A DNA stretch of 64,000 bases from Felis catus (lineage: Eukaryota), in the NCBI RefSeq assembly GCF_018350175.1, contig NC_058368.1, forward strand, positions 227,354,001 through 227,418,000, given 5' to 3'. Shown piece by piece: positions 48,115 to 60,551 of this stretch (position 1 is its first letter; every line of letters begins with the position of its first letter). Under the pieces are notes generated by a model. It saw only the letters and a program-made list of their open reading frames with translations, searched no databases and had not been told where the DNA came from. Made by a program: the position numbers and the translations under genes.

Positions 48115-48725
48115 ACTTGATTTAGGAGTTGTGCCATAACAAAATACCACAGGCTGGGTGACTCAAGTAGAGAAATCCCTTTTCTCACAGTGAGACTAGA
48201 AGTCCAAAGTCAAGGTGCTGCCAGGTTTGGTTTCTGGTAAGAGCTCACTTCCTGGCTTGCAGATGGTGCCTTCTCACTACGTCCTCACATGGCCTTTCCT
48301 CCCTGCACACGTGGGGAGAGAGAGCTCTCTGGCGTCTCTTCCTTGTCTCATAAGGCTACCAGTCCTGTTGTTTAGGGCCCCACCGTTATAATCTCATTTA
48401 ACCTTAATTACCTCCCTAAAGGCCCATCTCCAAATACAGTCACACTGGGGGTAGGTCTCCAACTTAAGAATTCTGGAGGGGCACCCGAGTGGCTCAGTCG
48501 GTTAAGTGTCATGATATTGATATTGGGGTCTGTGAGTTCAAGCCCCGCGTCAGGCTCTGTGCTGACAGTTTGGAGCCTGGAGCCTGCGTCAGATTCTGTG
48601 TCTCCCTCTCTCTCTGCCCTTCCCCCGCTCGTGCTCTGCCTCTCTCTCTCTCTCTCAAAAATAAACAAACATTAAAAAAAATTTTTTTAAAGAACTTTTG
48701 GGGAAGACACAATTCAGTTCATAAT
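48115..48725 (-). mobile_element. MaLR LTR (MLT1A/B-like) interrupted by a + strand CAN-SINE at 48478-48690
   Basis: gccataacaaaataccacaggctgggtg..ctagaagtccaaagtcaaggtg..catctccaaatacagtcacactggg..acacaattcagttcataa. Confidence 0.85.
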
Positions 48726-48920
48726 AGAAGGTGAAAACCCAAAAGAATGAATGTGAGGGGCAAAAACTGAGTCAAGGAAAGAGGTGATGCAAAGTGATAT
48801 AATGTGTTACCATGCTGGCTACCACTTCCTAAAAAACTTAAAAGAAAAAAAAATTCAGTCAAGGCGTGCTTGGCACATTAGAGGCCTCCAGCAGGGCTGC
48901 AAGGAAGAATTGCATCTCAG

Positions 48921-49038
48921 AGAGCCTGGGTGGCTCAGTTGGTTGAGTGTCTGACTCTTGATCTCAGCTCAGGTCTTGATCTCAGGGTGAGGAGCTCAAA
49001 CCCCGTGTTGAGTTCCACGCCCAGCTTGGCACCGAAAG
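48921..49038 (+). mobile_element. Short CAN-SINE
   Basis: TSD aagaattgcatctcag. Confidence 0.85.
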
Positions 49039-49738
49039 AAAGAATTGCATCTCAGGGTATTCCGCAGGAGAAAGACGCTCTCTGCCTGACTCTCCCCAGC
49101 CCCACTTCCTATTTCCTGTTAATTGAGGTTCGCCCCACCGAAAACTAACTCACCCAGAGTGCTGGGTAGCACCATCCAGCCCCTCAGAGGCCACTCAGGA
49201 GCTTAGAGTCCGTTCTGCACAGTGTAGCACTTCATCCAAGCCTAGAAGTGGAGGAGGGATAGAGCATGTTAGACATTAAGCCTTGGTCTTCAACTCAGAC
49301 TTCAGTTACCCTGACACATGCAGCAAAAGTTCTGGAAGGCACACAGTCTAGGAGGTGAGTGGTGCCTTTATGGGGAAGGAAGCAGCTGAGGCAGCCAGAG
49401 GATGTCTGATCTAGTCATTATTTGACATTTGCAGAAGGTTCAGAACTGCTTCTGCTCTGAGTACGATGTGGCTATCTTAATGTAGCAACACTTCCCGAAA
49501 GGAGCATATCTATGAGGTCTTGGGAAAGTATATTTTGATAGTCATATAAACAATTATCACATTGTAAATGAAATGCAATGAAAGTATTTAATAACTGAAC
49601 ACAATAATGCATCTAATTTGTACATTAACAGATGAGTCTTAACCTGTAACAAATAGTCTAAGCCTATAACAGATATGTTTGCTATCTGCTCCCAGTGTGT
49701 TCCAGCTCCCAGTGTGATTTAATACACTGTATGATTCA

Positions 49739-49958
49739 GGGGTGCCTGGGTGGCTCAGTAGGTGGGCGTCCAACTCTTGATTTCAGCTCAGGTCATGATC
49801 TCATGGTCTTATGAGACCTCATGGGTCTCATTCCAGCCCCATGTTGGGGGGCTGAACGTGGAGACTGCTAAGCTCAGCTCTGTGCTGAGCATGGAGACTG
49901 CTTAAGATTCTCTCTCTGCCTCTCCCCTCTCTTTCTTTCTCAAAAAAAAAAAAAAAAA
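49739..49958 (+). mobile_element. CAN-SINE (internally rearranged)
   Basis: Head, duplicated ggagactgct segment, A tail. Confidence 0.85.
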
Positions 49959-50014
49959 TACACTGGATGATTCCGATTTGCTTAAAAGCCAGTGGAGTGA
50001 GTTATACTGTAGGT

Positions 50015-50242
50015 TTCTTTTTCTTTCTTTTTTATTTTTTTTAATGTGTATTTATTTTTGAAAGAGAGAGAGACAGAGCATGAGCAGGGGAGGGCTAGAG
50101 AGAGGGAGACACAGAATCGGAAGCAGGCTCCAGGCTCCGAGCTGTCAGCACAGAGCCTGATGCGGGGCTCGAACCACGAGCCGTGAGAACATGACCTGAG
50201 CCGAAGTCGGACGCCCAACTGACTGAGCCACCCAGGCGCCCC
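50015..50242 (-). mobile_element. CAN-SINE
   Basis: Antisense copy. Confidence 0.9.
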
Positions 50243-50468
50243 TGTAGTTTACTTTTCTAATGAAATGTGTGAAGTCTATCAAATCACGGTGAGAAGTGTG
50301 AGAGCCCAAGATACATTCATAAAGGCAATCAAATTGAGAGTTATCTTATCACGTCCGGGTAATTTTTAACTGCAAGTGACATTGGGAAATACCTCGAGAA
50401 GGGCGCAGGCAGGGGTTACACTTACTACAAAACCATTATGTTCTTGTTATTCTAAAGAGCAAACACAT

Positions 50469-50675
50469 GGGGCACCCGGGTGGCTCAGTCGGTTAGGCAT
50501 CCAACTCTTGGTTTCGGCTCAGGGCATGATCTCACGGTTCGTAGGTTCAAGCTCCACGTTGGACTCCACACTCACAGAGCACAGCCTGCTTGGGATCTCT
50601 CTTCCCCCCTCTCTCTCTGCTCCTCCCCCATGCTCTCTCTCAAAAAAAAATAAAAGTTTAAAAAATTAAACAAAT
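50469..50675 (+). mobile_element. CAN-SINE
   Basis: Head, CT tract, A tail. Confidence 0.88.
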
Positions 50676-52910
50676 AAAGAACAAAAATATATAAGCTCTA
50701 GGTGACACTACATGATGAGGAATATCATGGCTGTCTGCTAAATAGTCTTAAATACTGAACTGTGGGGCATCTTCATTTCCATTGAATCTGTTTTGCGTTT
50801 TCAAATTACTTATCCCGGTTGTAATCACTGTTAGTTTCAAGGTTTATCGCATGATTTGTCATGGATGTGTATGTGTGTGTGTGTGTGTGTTATGTTTAGG
50901 GAGCAGAGTAGTTATTTCAAGTGGCTTAGGGAAAAGCAGACATGCTCAGCAGGCAATATTAGAACTCTCCAAAGGACTGAAAATATACATACATAGTCAC
51001 CTCTGAAATAAACTAGAGTTAATCACAGAGTAGACAGGGATGGGTGGGCAGGCGTGTATTGGGCTTGGCCACAGGAACAGCATGCCCAGTGGCCTCAACG
51101 GGGGTAAAGCATTACCTACAAATCCTGTGTAGTGAATCAGATGATGAAGGCAACATTTCCAGTGGCCAGAAGTCACACAAAACTCTGAGATCCACACAAA
51201 GTATATCATGTCTCCTTACTTAGAAATTCGTGAGTTACCAATACCTAAGCGCCCATGACTTCCAAATGTCAATCTCCAGCCCCATTTTCTCTACCACGTT
51301 CCAGACCATATATTCACTGTGACATTTTGAAATCTTCATGCTTCAAACTGAATCCACTGCAAACCTGCCTTTCCTTCTCCATTTCCTATCTTAGTTGATA
51401 GAGAAATCCACTTATTCAGTTAGCCATTTCATTCATCCCATACTACATTTTTCACGGGAGGCGCTGGGGATACAACAGTAAATAGAGTGACATCCCTTTC
51501 CTTATGAATCTTACATTCTACTAGTGAAACGAACAGTAGCTAATACTTGTGCGTGTGCATGCATACATGCGTGTGTGTGTGTGTGTGTGTGTATGTGTGT
51601 GTGTAGGTATGTCTGTGTGTGTTAGTGGCAAGTTCTATTGGAGAAAACAAAGCAGAGTAAAGGGGTCGTGAGTTATAGGACATGTCATTTTATACAGGTA
51701 ATCGGTAAAGGCCTCGTTATATTAAATTCCTCTCTTCTTTGCCTCTTATCTCCAACTCATTCTCTTCCTGGTCTCCCTGCCTCTGTGTCTCTCCTCCCTT
51801 TCATTCCATTTTCCATGCTTCCATCCAAGTCATTTTTTTTTAAGATTTTATTTTTAAGTAATCCCTACACCCAGTGTGGGCCTCGAACCCTCAACCCCAA
51901 GATCAAGAGTCCCACACTCTACTGTCTGAGCCAGCCGGGCACCATCTGACTCATTCTTTTACAATCCAAATGACTGTTCCCCACTTACTATTAGGCATGT
52001 GACATTCCAGGTTATTCACAATTCAGTCCTCCCTGCTTTTTAAACTATAACTTCTACTACTCTCCAGTTGCCTGTGATAATTAATTTCTCCATCTCCATT
52101 GGTTCTAAATTTAGGTGGGTATAAAACAGCTTTATCAGTATTTGTTTTCCATTAGTCTCTCCCTTATAATATGATCTCCTTGGCTAAAGACTGGCCCAGT
52201 TCCTGGCACACAGGAAGTAAGAAGTAAATATTTGCTTGGCTCATTTGAAATTTAAAAAAAACTTTTTTTCTTGACATTTAATTTTCCCCTTTTTCCTGTA
52301 ATGGAAGTTAGCTCTGGCAGAATTTCAGAGTGTCTAATTGTTACTCAGTTACCCAATGCTTTATGACTATTGCTCTTGGAGACATCCCAGCAAAGCCACA
52401 TTATCTAGACCATCAGGTGATAGGAAATTTGTTCCCCAGGAGTCATAATAATTTCCAGTGAATCCTTCCCAAACTTTGGTTTCGTGAACTTCATCGGCTC
52501 TGTACCTGCTCTGAAATTTTGGACAAATGAGAGGGTGGAAGTGGACACAGCCCGTGCTTCTAGAACGCTTTCATCCCTCTGCTGCTATGTAGAACAGGGT
52601 AATGACCAAAGTGGTGACTTGGCTGAGGCAACTCTTAAATCAGGGGCTTTGCTGTTGGTTATGAATTCCCCAGAACCCAGTAGTGAACAGTGGTTAAAAA
52701 AACAAACAAACAAAAAACGAAAAACCCAATGCAAAAACAAAACAAAACAAAACAAAACACTCTTGCTTTACTATCATTCTGGTGATAGCACTAGAGAAAA
52801 GTTCAAAGCCATTTTAACTTAATCATTCATGCAGCATCTTCAAAGGATAGAAAAGTAAAGCAACAGTTCACTATCTTCTAGAGATCACGACATTAAAAAT
52901 GGACCTCCAG

Positions 52911-52997
52911 GGGGCGCCTGGCTGGCTCAGAAGGTGCAGCATGTGACTCGATCTTGGGGTTGTTTAAGTTCAAGCCCCACATTGGGTGTAGGGATTA

Positions 52998-53034
<37 letters not shown>

Positions 53035-53263
53035 ACAGGTCTTCTGACTCCCACTATGTACTTATTTATTTTATTTTAATGTTTAATAAAGAGACAGACA
53101 GAGCTTGAACAGGGGAAGGGCAGAGACAAAGGGAGACAGAATCTGAAGCAGGCTCCAGGCTCCGAGCTGTCAGCACAGTGAGACATGAGGCTCGAACCCA
53201 CAAACCATGAGATCGTGACCTGAGCTGAAGTCAGATGCTTACCTGACTAAGCCACCCAGGCGC
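52911..53263. mobile_element. Tail-to-tail CAN-SINE pair (+ 52911-53030, - 53066-53263)
   Basis: Long A run at ~53002-53030; second copy has TSD cccactatgtacttatt. Confidence 0.85.
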
Positions 53264-53935
53264 CCACTATGTACTTATTTTAAAAGACAAATCTACACAA
53301 TAATTATTTGGATAAAATATAAATGACTCCAACTGTTAGGACTTTGGGATATTAGGGTGGAAACTTTAAGTGGGAAGGTCAGATATTTGTACATGAAACT
53401 ACTATATCAGTCTCATTTCTGTCCAACAAAATAAGCATTTAAAAATAAGTATTAATAAATATAATTTACCCTATGAACAAATCAAACTTTATATGTTTGA
53501 ATGATTCTTCAATTATGTTAAAGCAATTATTGATTTTAGCTTGAGAATGAAGATTCTCCTAACTTAGGCACATAGTGGAGAACGGCCAATATAGGGGAGA
53601 TATATTTTTGGCTCAGGGCGATGGGGGTTAGAAGACTTTTTTTTTCAACTCAATATAGGTGTTGGATAAATACTACATTTAGAACTTTGTAAAGGAATAA
53701 AACTGGCCTCAGTTAACTTGCTAAATTATTTTTCTTGTTCTGTTTTCCATGAAGGGGGTAAAAAAACACTCTTGCAGAAGGTAATGTTTTCCCATGAAAA
53801 AATCTTTTAGAGTCTCTCTCTGCGTAAAAAGAAATGTATTTTCTTGCCAAAGAAGAGGATTTGAACACAGGAACTGAATATTTTCTAGGATAGAAAATAA
53901 TTCTATGTTTCCATTTCTTTTTTTTCTTGGCAACC

Positions 53936-53972
53936 TTTCTTTTTTTAATTTATTTTTTAATGTTTATTCATG

Positions 53973-54010
<38 letters not shown>

Positions 54011-54177
54011 TGAGCAGGTGAGGGGCAGAGAGAGAGAGAGAGACACAGAATCTGAAGCAGGCTCCAGGCTCTGAGGTGTCAGCACAGAACTCAATGCAGG
54101 GCTTGAATATACAGACTGTGAGATCATGACCTGAGCCCAAGTTGGCCTGTTAACCAACTGAGCCACCCAGGCGCCCC
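53936..54177 (-). mobile_element. CAN-SINE with expanded (GA)n
   Basis: Antisense copy; TSD tcttggcaac. Confidence 0.9.
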
Positions 54178-54451
54178 TCTTGGCAACATTTTCAAGCAGT
54201 GTTTGTTATGAAGAAGCTCGGTATAATGAGAAAAGCACAGCATTTGAGGCATGCCTTCTCCTGCAGGGAACAGATGTCACATATTCTGAACCATCCAGGT
54301 TTCCAAAAAGTGTTTTACCAGAGAACAACTAAAAATATTCTTCCATATGATATCTCCCAACAATTATATTGTAAATGAGTTCCCTGCTTCATAACGTGCT
54401 ACTAAGAGCACAGATATGGGAATTCTTACTACATTCTAAATCTTTCTTAAA

Positions 54452-54650
54452 GTTTATTTGAGAGAGAAATCGCATGCATAAGTAGGGGAGGGAGGGAGGG
54501 AGACAGAGAGAGAGAGAAGAGAGAATCCCAAGCGGACTACACTTTCAGCACAGAGCCCAATGCAGGGCTCAATCCCACAAACCATGAGACCATGATCTGA
54601 GCCAAAATCACGAGTTGGACATTGAATTGACTGAGCCACCCAGTTACCCC
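54452..54650 (-). mobile_element. CAN-SINE
   Basis: Antisense copy; ggaattcttactacattcta repeated on both flanks. Confidence 0.85.
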
Positions 54651-54769
54651 TGGAATTCTTACTACATTCTATTAACAAACCCTTATAGAACTGCTGAGGG
54701 AAGTATTGGCAAGAACCAGAAAAGGATCACTCTATTAGTCCTTTACATCATTAAGAAAGTGACAAGACA

Positions 54770-55028
54770 GGGGCGCCTGGGTGGCGCAGTCGGTTAAGCG
54801 TCCGACTTCAGCCAGGTCACGATCTCGCGGTCCGTCCGACTTCAGCCAGGTCACGATCTCGCGGTCCGTGGGTTCGAGCCCCGCGTCAGGCTCTGGGCTC
54901 ATGGCTCAGAGCCTGGAGCCTGTTTCCGATTCTGTGTCTCCCTCTCTCTCTGCCCCTCCCCCGTTCATGCTCTGTCTCTCTCTGTCCCAAAAATAAATAA
55001 AAGTTGAAAAAAAATTAAAAAAAAAAAA
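54770..55028 (+). mobile_element. Young SINEC_Fc-like element with a 34-bp internal tandem duplication
   Basis: TSD aagaaagtgacaagaca; CpGs retained. Confidence 0.93.
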
Positions 55029-56160
55029 GAAAGTGACAAGACAACCCACAGGGAGAAAATATTTGCACATGGTATCTTTGATAAAAGACTCATAACCAGA
55101 ATATGTAAAGAACTCTTTTACCTCAACAATAAAAATCACCCAACTTCTAAAAAAAGGACAAAATATTTGAATAGACATTTCTCCAAAGAAGATAACAAAT
55201 GGCCGATAAGTACAGGAAGAGATGTTCAATATCATTCCTCAATAAAGAAATGTGAGCAGAAGTGAAAAACCACAGTGAGGTACAATTTCATACCTACTAG
55301 GATGATTAAAATCAAGAAGATAGATAATAGTAAATGTTGGCAAGGATGTGGAGAAATTTGAATCTTCATGCATTGCTGGTGGGAATATAAAATAGTGCAT
55401 CTGTTTTGGAAAAGCATTTGGCAATTCCTCAAAATATTGAAAAGACCGCATAACACAACAATTCCATTCCTAGGTACATATCTAAGATAACTGAACCCAT
55501 GTTCACACGAAAAAACTTGTACATGGATATTCATATCAGCATAGTAAAAAGTAGAACCAGGCTCAGTCAGTTAAGTGTCTGATTCTTGATTTCAGCTCAG
55601 GTCATGATCTCATAAACTATGAGATGGAGCCCGAAGCTCTGCACTGACAGTGCGGAGTCTGCTTGGGATTCTCTCTCTCTCCGCCCTCTCTGCCCTTCCT
55701 CTGCTCACATGCTCTCTCTCCCTGTCTCAAAAAACATAAACTTAAAAAAAATAGTTGTTAAAAGTAGAAACAATGTAAATGTTTGTTGACTGATAAATAC
55801 ATGAATAAAAGTAGTATATCCATATAGTGAATTGTCAATGAAAAGTAAGTACTGATACGTATTACAACATGGATAATCCTTGAAGACATGATGTTACATG
55901 AAAGAAGCCAGTCTCAAGAGGTCACACATTATATAATTTCATTTATACAAAAAGTCTGGAATAGGCAAATCTATAGAGACAGGAAGTATATTCCTGGTCG
56001 CCAAAGACTGAGGGGATGAGTTTCTTTTTGTGGTAATAAAATGTTCTTGAAATTATATAGTGACGATAATTTTACAACTTTGTGAATACACTAGAATGTG
56101 CTGAGTTGTACACTTTAAAAATGTAAATTTAATGTTATGTAACTCAACAAAGCTTTAATT
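55029..56160 (+). mobile_element. Old L1 (L1MB-like) ORF2 end and 3' UTR, with a SINE at ~55560-55750
   Basis: aatagacatttctccaaagaagat..cattgctggtgggaat..aggcaaatctatagagacaggaagt. Confidence 0.85.
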
Positions 56161-56164
56161 TTTA

Positions 56165-57190
56165 AAAACCTTATTTATTGTTTAATTTACATCCAAGTTA
56201 GTTAGCATATGGTGCAATGATGATTTCAGGAGTAGATTCCTTAATGCCCCTTACCCATTTAGACCATCCCCCCTCCTACAACCCCTCCAGCAACTCTCTG
56301 TTTGCTCTCTATATTTAAGAGTATTTTATGTTTTGTCCCCTTCCCTGTTTTTATATTATTTTTGCTTCTCTTCCCTTGTGTTCATCTATTTTGTATCTTA
56401 AATTCCTCATGAGTGAAGTCATATGATATTTGTCTTTCTCTGACTTATTAATTTCGCTTANNNNNNNNNNNNNNNNNNNNNNNNNNNNNNNNNNNNNNNN
56501 NNNNNNNNNNNNNNNNNNNNNNNNNNNNNNNNNNNNNNNNNNNNNNNNNNNNNNNNNNNNNNNNNNNNNNNNNNNNNNNNNNNNNNNNNNNNNNNNNNNN
56601 NNNNNNNNNNNNNNNNNNNNNNNNNNNNNNNNNNNACTTTGGCTATTGTCAATAGCATTGCTATAAACATTGGGGTGCATGTGCCCCTTTGAANNNNNNN
56701 NNNNNNNNNNNNNNNNNNNNNNNNNNNNNNNNNNNNNNNNNNNNNNNNNNNNNNNNNNNNNNNNNNNNNNNNNNNNNNNNNNNNNNNNNNNNNNNNNNNN
56801 NNNNNNNNNNNNNNNNNNNNNNNNNNNNNNNNNNNNNNNNNNNNNNNNNNNNNNNNNNNNNNNNNNNNNNNNNNNNNNNNNNNNNNNNNNNTGTTAACCA
56901 TTCTGACAGGTGTTAGGTGGTGTCTCATTGTGGTTTTGATTTGTATTTCCCTGATGATGAGTGATATTGAGCAGTTTTTCATGTGTCGGTTGGCCATCCG
57001 GAAGTCTTCTTTGGAGAAGTGTCTATGCACATCTTTTGCCCATTTCTCTGCTGGGTTATTTGTTTTTTGACTGTTGAGTTTGATAAGTTCTTTGTGATTT
57101 TGGATAATAACCCTTTATCTGATATGTCATTTGTAAATGTCTTCTCCCATTCCATCGGTTGCCTTTTAGCTTTGCTGATTGTTTCCTTCA
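56165..57190 (-). mobile_element. Young felid-type L1 3' end (ORF2 C-terminus and 3' UTR) with two N gaps
   Basis: Translation KETISKAKRQPMEWEK.., [53 protein letters not shown]. Confidence 0.92.
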
Positions 57191-58337
57191 AACAAAGCTG
57201 TAATTTTAAAAATAGCGTTTCAAATTCTCAAAATGGCAAAATATTTAATAAACATAATCTTTCTTAATAGTATTGTCACTGGTAATAGGAGCCCAGAAAA
57301 AAATAGGGACAAAAATTGGTGAAGGCTGTTCTTTGACCTCGTTGCTCCGTGGCAGGTTCAGCACCAGGGACAGCTCCTCTGCACAGTCTATACTTTCAAA
57401 GGTACCATTCAAAAGGCTACCCAGGTCCTGCAGAAGTTTCCTAAAAGTGACATCTCTGTTGTGCTTTTCTTCTTTTTAACACCGTCATATATTATGGCAG
57501 ACAGATTGTCTTTATAGATACATTTTGTGAGCACTTAAACAGGAAACAAAAGATCTGCAACTTCATTAGTACATCCAGCAAAATACATTGATTGATTGTT
57601 CTGTGCAGATACTCCGTCCATGAGCTCTTTGACAAGTCACTTGCCTCTATTAGCTTCATTTCCTTATCCAAAACTTGTTAACAATTACACATGCATGGTA
57701 AACTAAGCTAGTATTTGTGAAATAACTTGAATGGTTTGTATTCATGAAAGGTATTTTTATTACTGAATTCTTTAACAAGTCACCCTATTTCATTTTTAAG
57801 CAATTTACTTTATTCTGGGAGCACAGAGTCTCCCATGACATTAGAAGCCCAGACTATTGTCCTGGATATACTCAGGCTATACTATTAATAGCCTTCATGG
57901 CAAGAATTATCTTTTTAAGGATGTTACAGATGGGCACAAAATTTCTAATAAGTAATCTTGGACCTGGCCTGGAAATGGGCCCATTTCTAGGGATGAGGAA
58001 TAGATAAAAAGCTATTCATCTAATTCTTCACCTTTCTAAATTTAGTCCAACGATGATCTTCAGCACATAATTGCAGATGCATTGTCCACTACACATATCT
58101 CTATACGATCAATCCTGTCATATAGAATTTATCTGTAGGGTGAATGTTAATTCTAACCCCCTATAACACTGTTATAAAGGAATTCTGTAAGATTTAACAC
58201 GTCAAAATAAGAAATTACACAGAAAAGTTCCATGAATGTTTGAACAGCAAAATTGTGTCAAAACATGTAACTTCATGTCTTTATCTGTATGACTGCTATG
58301 GAGTACGTGGATAAGATGCTCTGCAAAAAATCTAACT

Positions 58338-58560
58338 AGGGGCACCTGGGTGGCTCAGTCAGTTAAGCATCTGACTTTGGCTCAGGGCATGAGCTCGTGG
58401 TTTGTGAGTTCAAGCCCCACATGGGGCTCTGTGCTGACAGCTCAGAGCCTGGAGCCTGCTTCGGATTCTGTGTGTGTGTTTGTGTCTCTCTCTGTTCCTC
58501 CCTCGCTCACACTCTGTCTCTGTCTCTCTCTCTCAAAAATAAATAAAGATTAATTTAAAA
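58338..58560 (+). mobile_element. CAN-SINE
   Basis: TSD aaatctaacta. Confidence 0.9.
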
Positions 58561-59358
58561 AGTTTTTAAATCTAACTAAACGTGTATGGTTTAGTCTCCC
58601 TGTTTTTCAATCTTACTCAAATGATTCAATTTTAGTTGCCATTTACCTATCTTACTCATATTTAAATATCAAAATCACTAGCACAGAACTCTGTTGAATT
58701 CCATAAGGTCAGACGCAGCTTCCTTAAGCAGAAAAAAAAAAAATGACAATTGTTGATTTTTAGAGGGAACAGAGTGGAAGGCAGCCATTTGATTTCTCAA
58801 TGTCCACTATTTCCTTCGCTCTGACTTAAGTAAAAATGTTGTGCAAGAGGTCAGAGTACATTTCCGTAGGAGCCCTTGGGTTCATTAACACAAAAGCTGT
58901 AAATAATACTTCTCTTCCTGAGGAAAGTGTATCCATCGCAGTAGGCACACAATGGAACCCCTAACACACTGAGAAGTTGGGAAATGGATCTTGAGTCCAA
59001 ATGTTTCAAAAAACAAAAGCTTCCCATGTCCATTCCATAATGATTCTTTACTCCTTACCTCTTCCTCTAGTGATTAATTTATTGCTTTCTTTAACTACAA
59101 GGCCATCTGAAAGATGGCTGTTCTTCTCTTGTGGCATGCAGAATCTCAACAGTCTGTTGCCGCTCTCCTTGATGACTTCCCCAACTTGCCTGTCTGTCCT
59201 CTACTCATCCCATTTGCTCTTTGTTCATTTCCCCCCCTTTCTTTCCTACTATTGGTTTATTAGCTATACTTCTACATTCTAGTTTTTAGTGGTTGTGCTA
59301 ATGCTGATAGCCTATCTCCTTAACTTACCAAGTCTATTTTAAATGTGGGAACGTTATG

Positions 59359-59580
59359 GGGGCGCCTGGGTGGCGCAGTCGGTTAAGCGTCCGACTTCAG
59401 CCAGGTCACGATCTCACGGTCCGTGAGTTCGAGCCCCGCGTCGGGCTCTGGGCTGATGGCTCAGAGCCTGGAGCCTGTTTCCGATTCTGTGTCTCCCTCT
59501 CTCTCTGCCCCTCCCCTGTTCATGCTCTGTCTCTCTCTGTCCCAAAAATAAATAAAAACGTTGAAAAAAAAATAAATAAA
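59359..59580 (+). mobile_element. Young SINEC_Fc-like element
   Basis: Near-consensus with CpGs intact; perfect 19-bp TSD taaatgtgggaacgttatg (59340-59358, 59581-59599). Confidence 0.95.
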
Positions 59581-60504
59581 TAAATGTGGGAACGTTATGT
59601 AATAACAACAGTATACTTCCATTTTCCCCTTCCATCCTTTGTGCTATCATTGTCATACATTTTGTTTCTGCGTAAGTTATGAAATACACGTTATTTTTGC
59701 TTTATACGTTAATTACATCTCAAAGAATTTTTTTAAATGGAAAGAAAACACTTTCATATTTACCCACATATTTACCATTCCCTGTGTTCTTCATTTTCTT
59801 GTGTAGATCCAAGTTTTCATCTGGTTTTATTTTTCTTCTGCCTAAAGAATGTCCTTTAACATTACTTACAGTAATGTTCAATTGCAAACTCTGTCAGCTT
59901 TTTTTACTGTTTATTTATTTTAAGAGAGAGAGAGAGAGGGAAACTGAGTGGGGGAGGGACAGAGACAGAGAATCCTAAGCAGGCTCTGTGCTGTCAGCTC
60001 AGAGCCCCATGTGTGGCTTCATCTCACTAACATGAAATCACGATCTGAGCTGAAATCAAGAGTTGGATGCTCAACTAACTGGGCTACCCAGGCGACCCAT
60101 CTCAGCTTTTGTTTGTCTTAAAAAGGCTTTATTTCACCTTAAGTTGAAAATTTTATTTTATGTTACAGTTTTATTTATTAAATAATCTCTATAGCCCATG
60201 TGGGGATTGAACTCATGACCCCACAATCAAGACTCACATGCTCTTCTGACCGAGCCAGCTAGGCACCCCTTAAGTGGAAAAGAGATTTTTGCTGGATATA
60301 GAATTGTATGTTGACGGTGTTTTATTGTTTTCATTCTGCAATTTAAAGATGCCATACCATGGTCTTCTGACCTGCATCATTTCTGAGAAGAAATCTGCTT
60401 TCATTCTTTGTTCCTCGGTACATCATGTGCCTTTCTCTGGCTGATTTTAAGATTTTCCTCTTCACTGTTTTTCAACAATTTAATTATAATGTGCTTTGAT
60501 ATGA

Positions 60505-60506
<2 letters not shown>

Positions 60507-60549
<43 letters not shown>
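60507..60549. repeat. (TG)n microsatellite
   Basis: Read directly; other (TG)n runs at ~50866-50890 and ~51570-51620. Confidence 0.95.
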
Positions 60550-60551
<2 letters not shown>

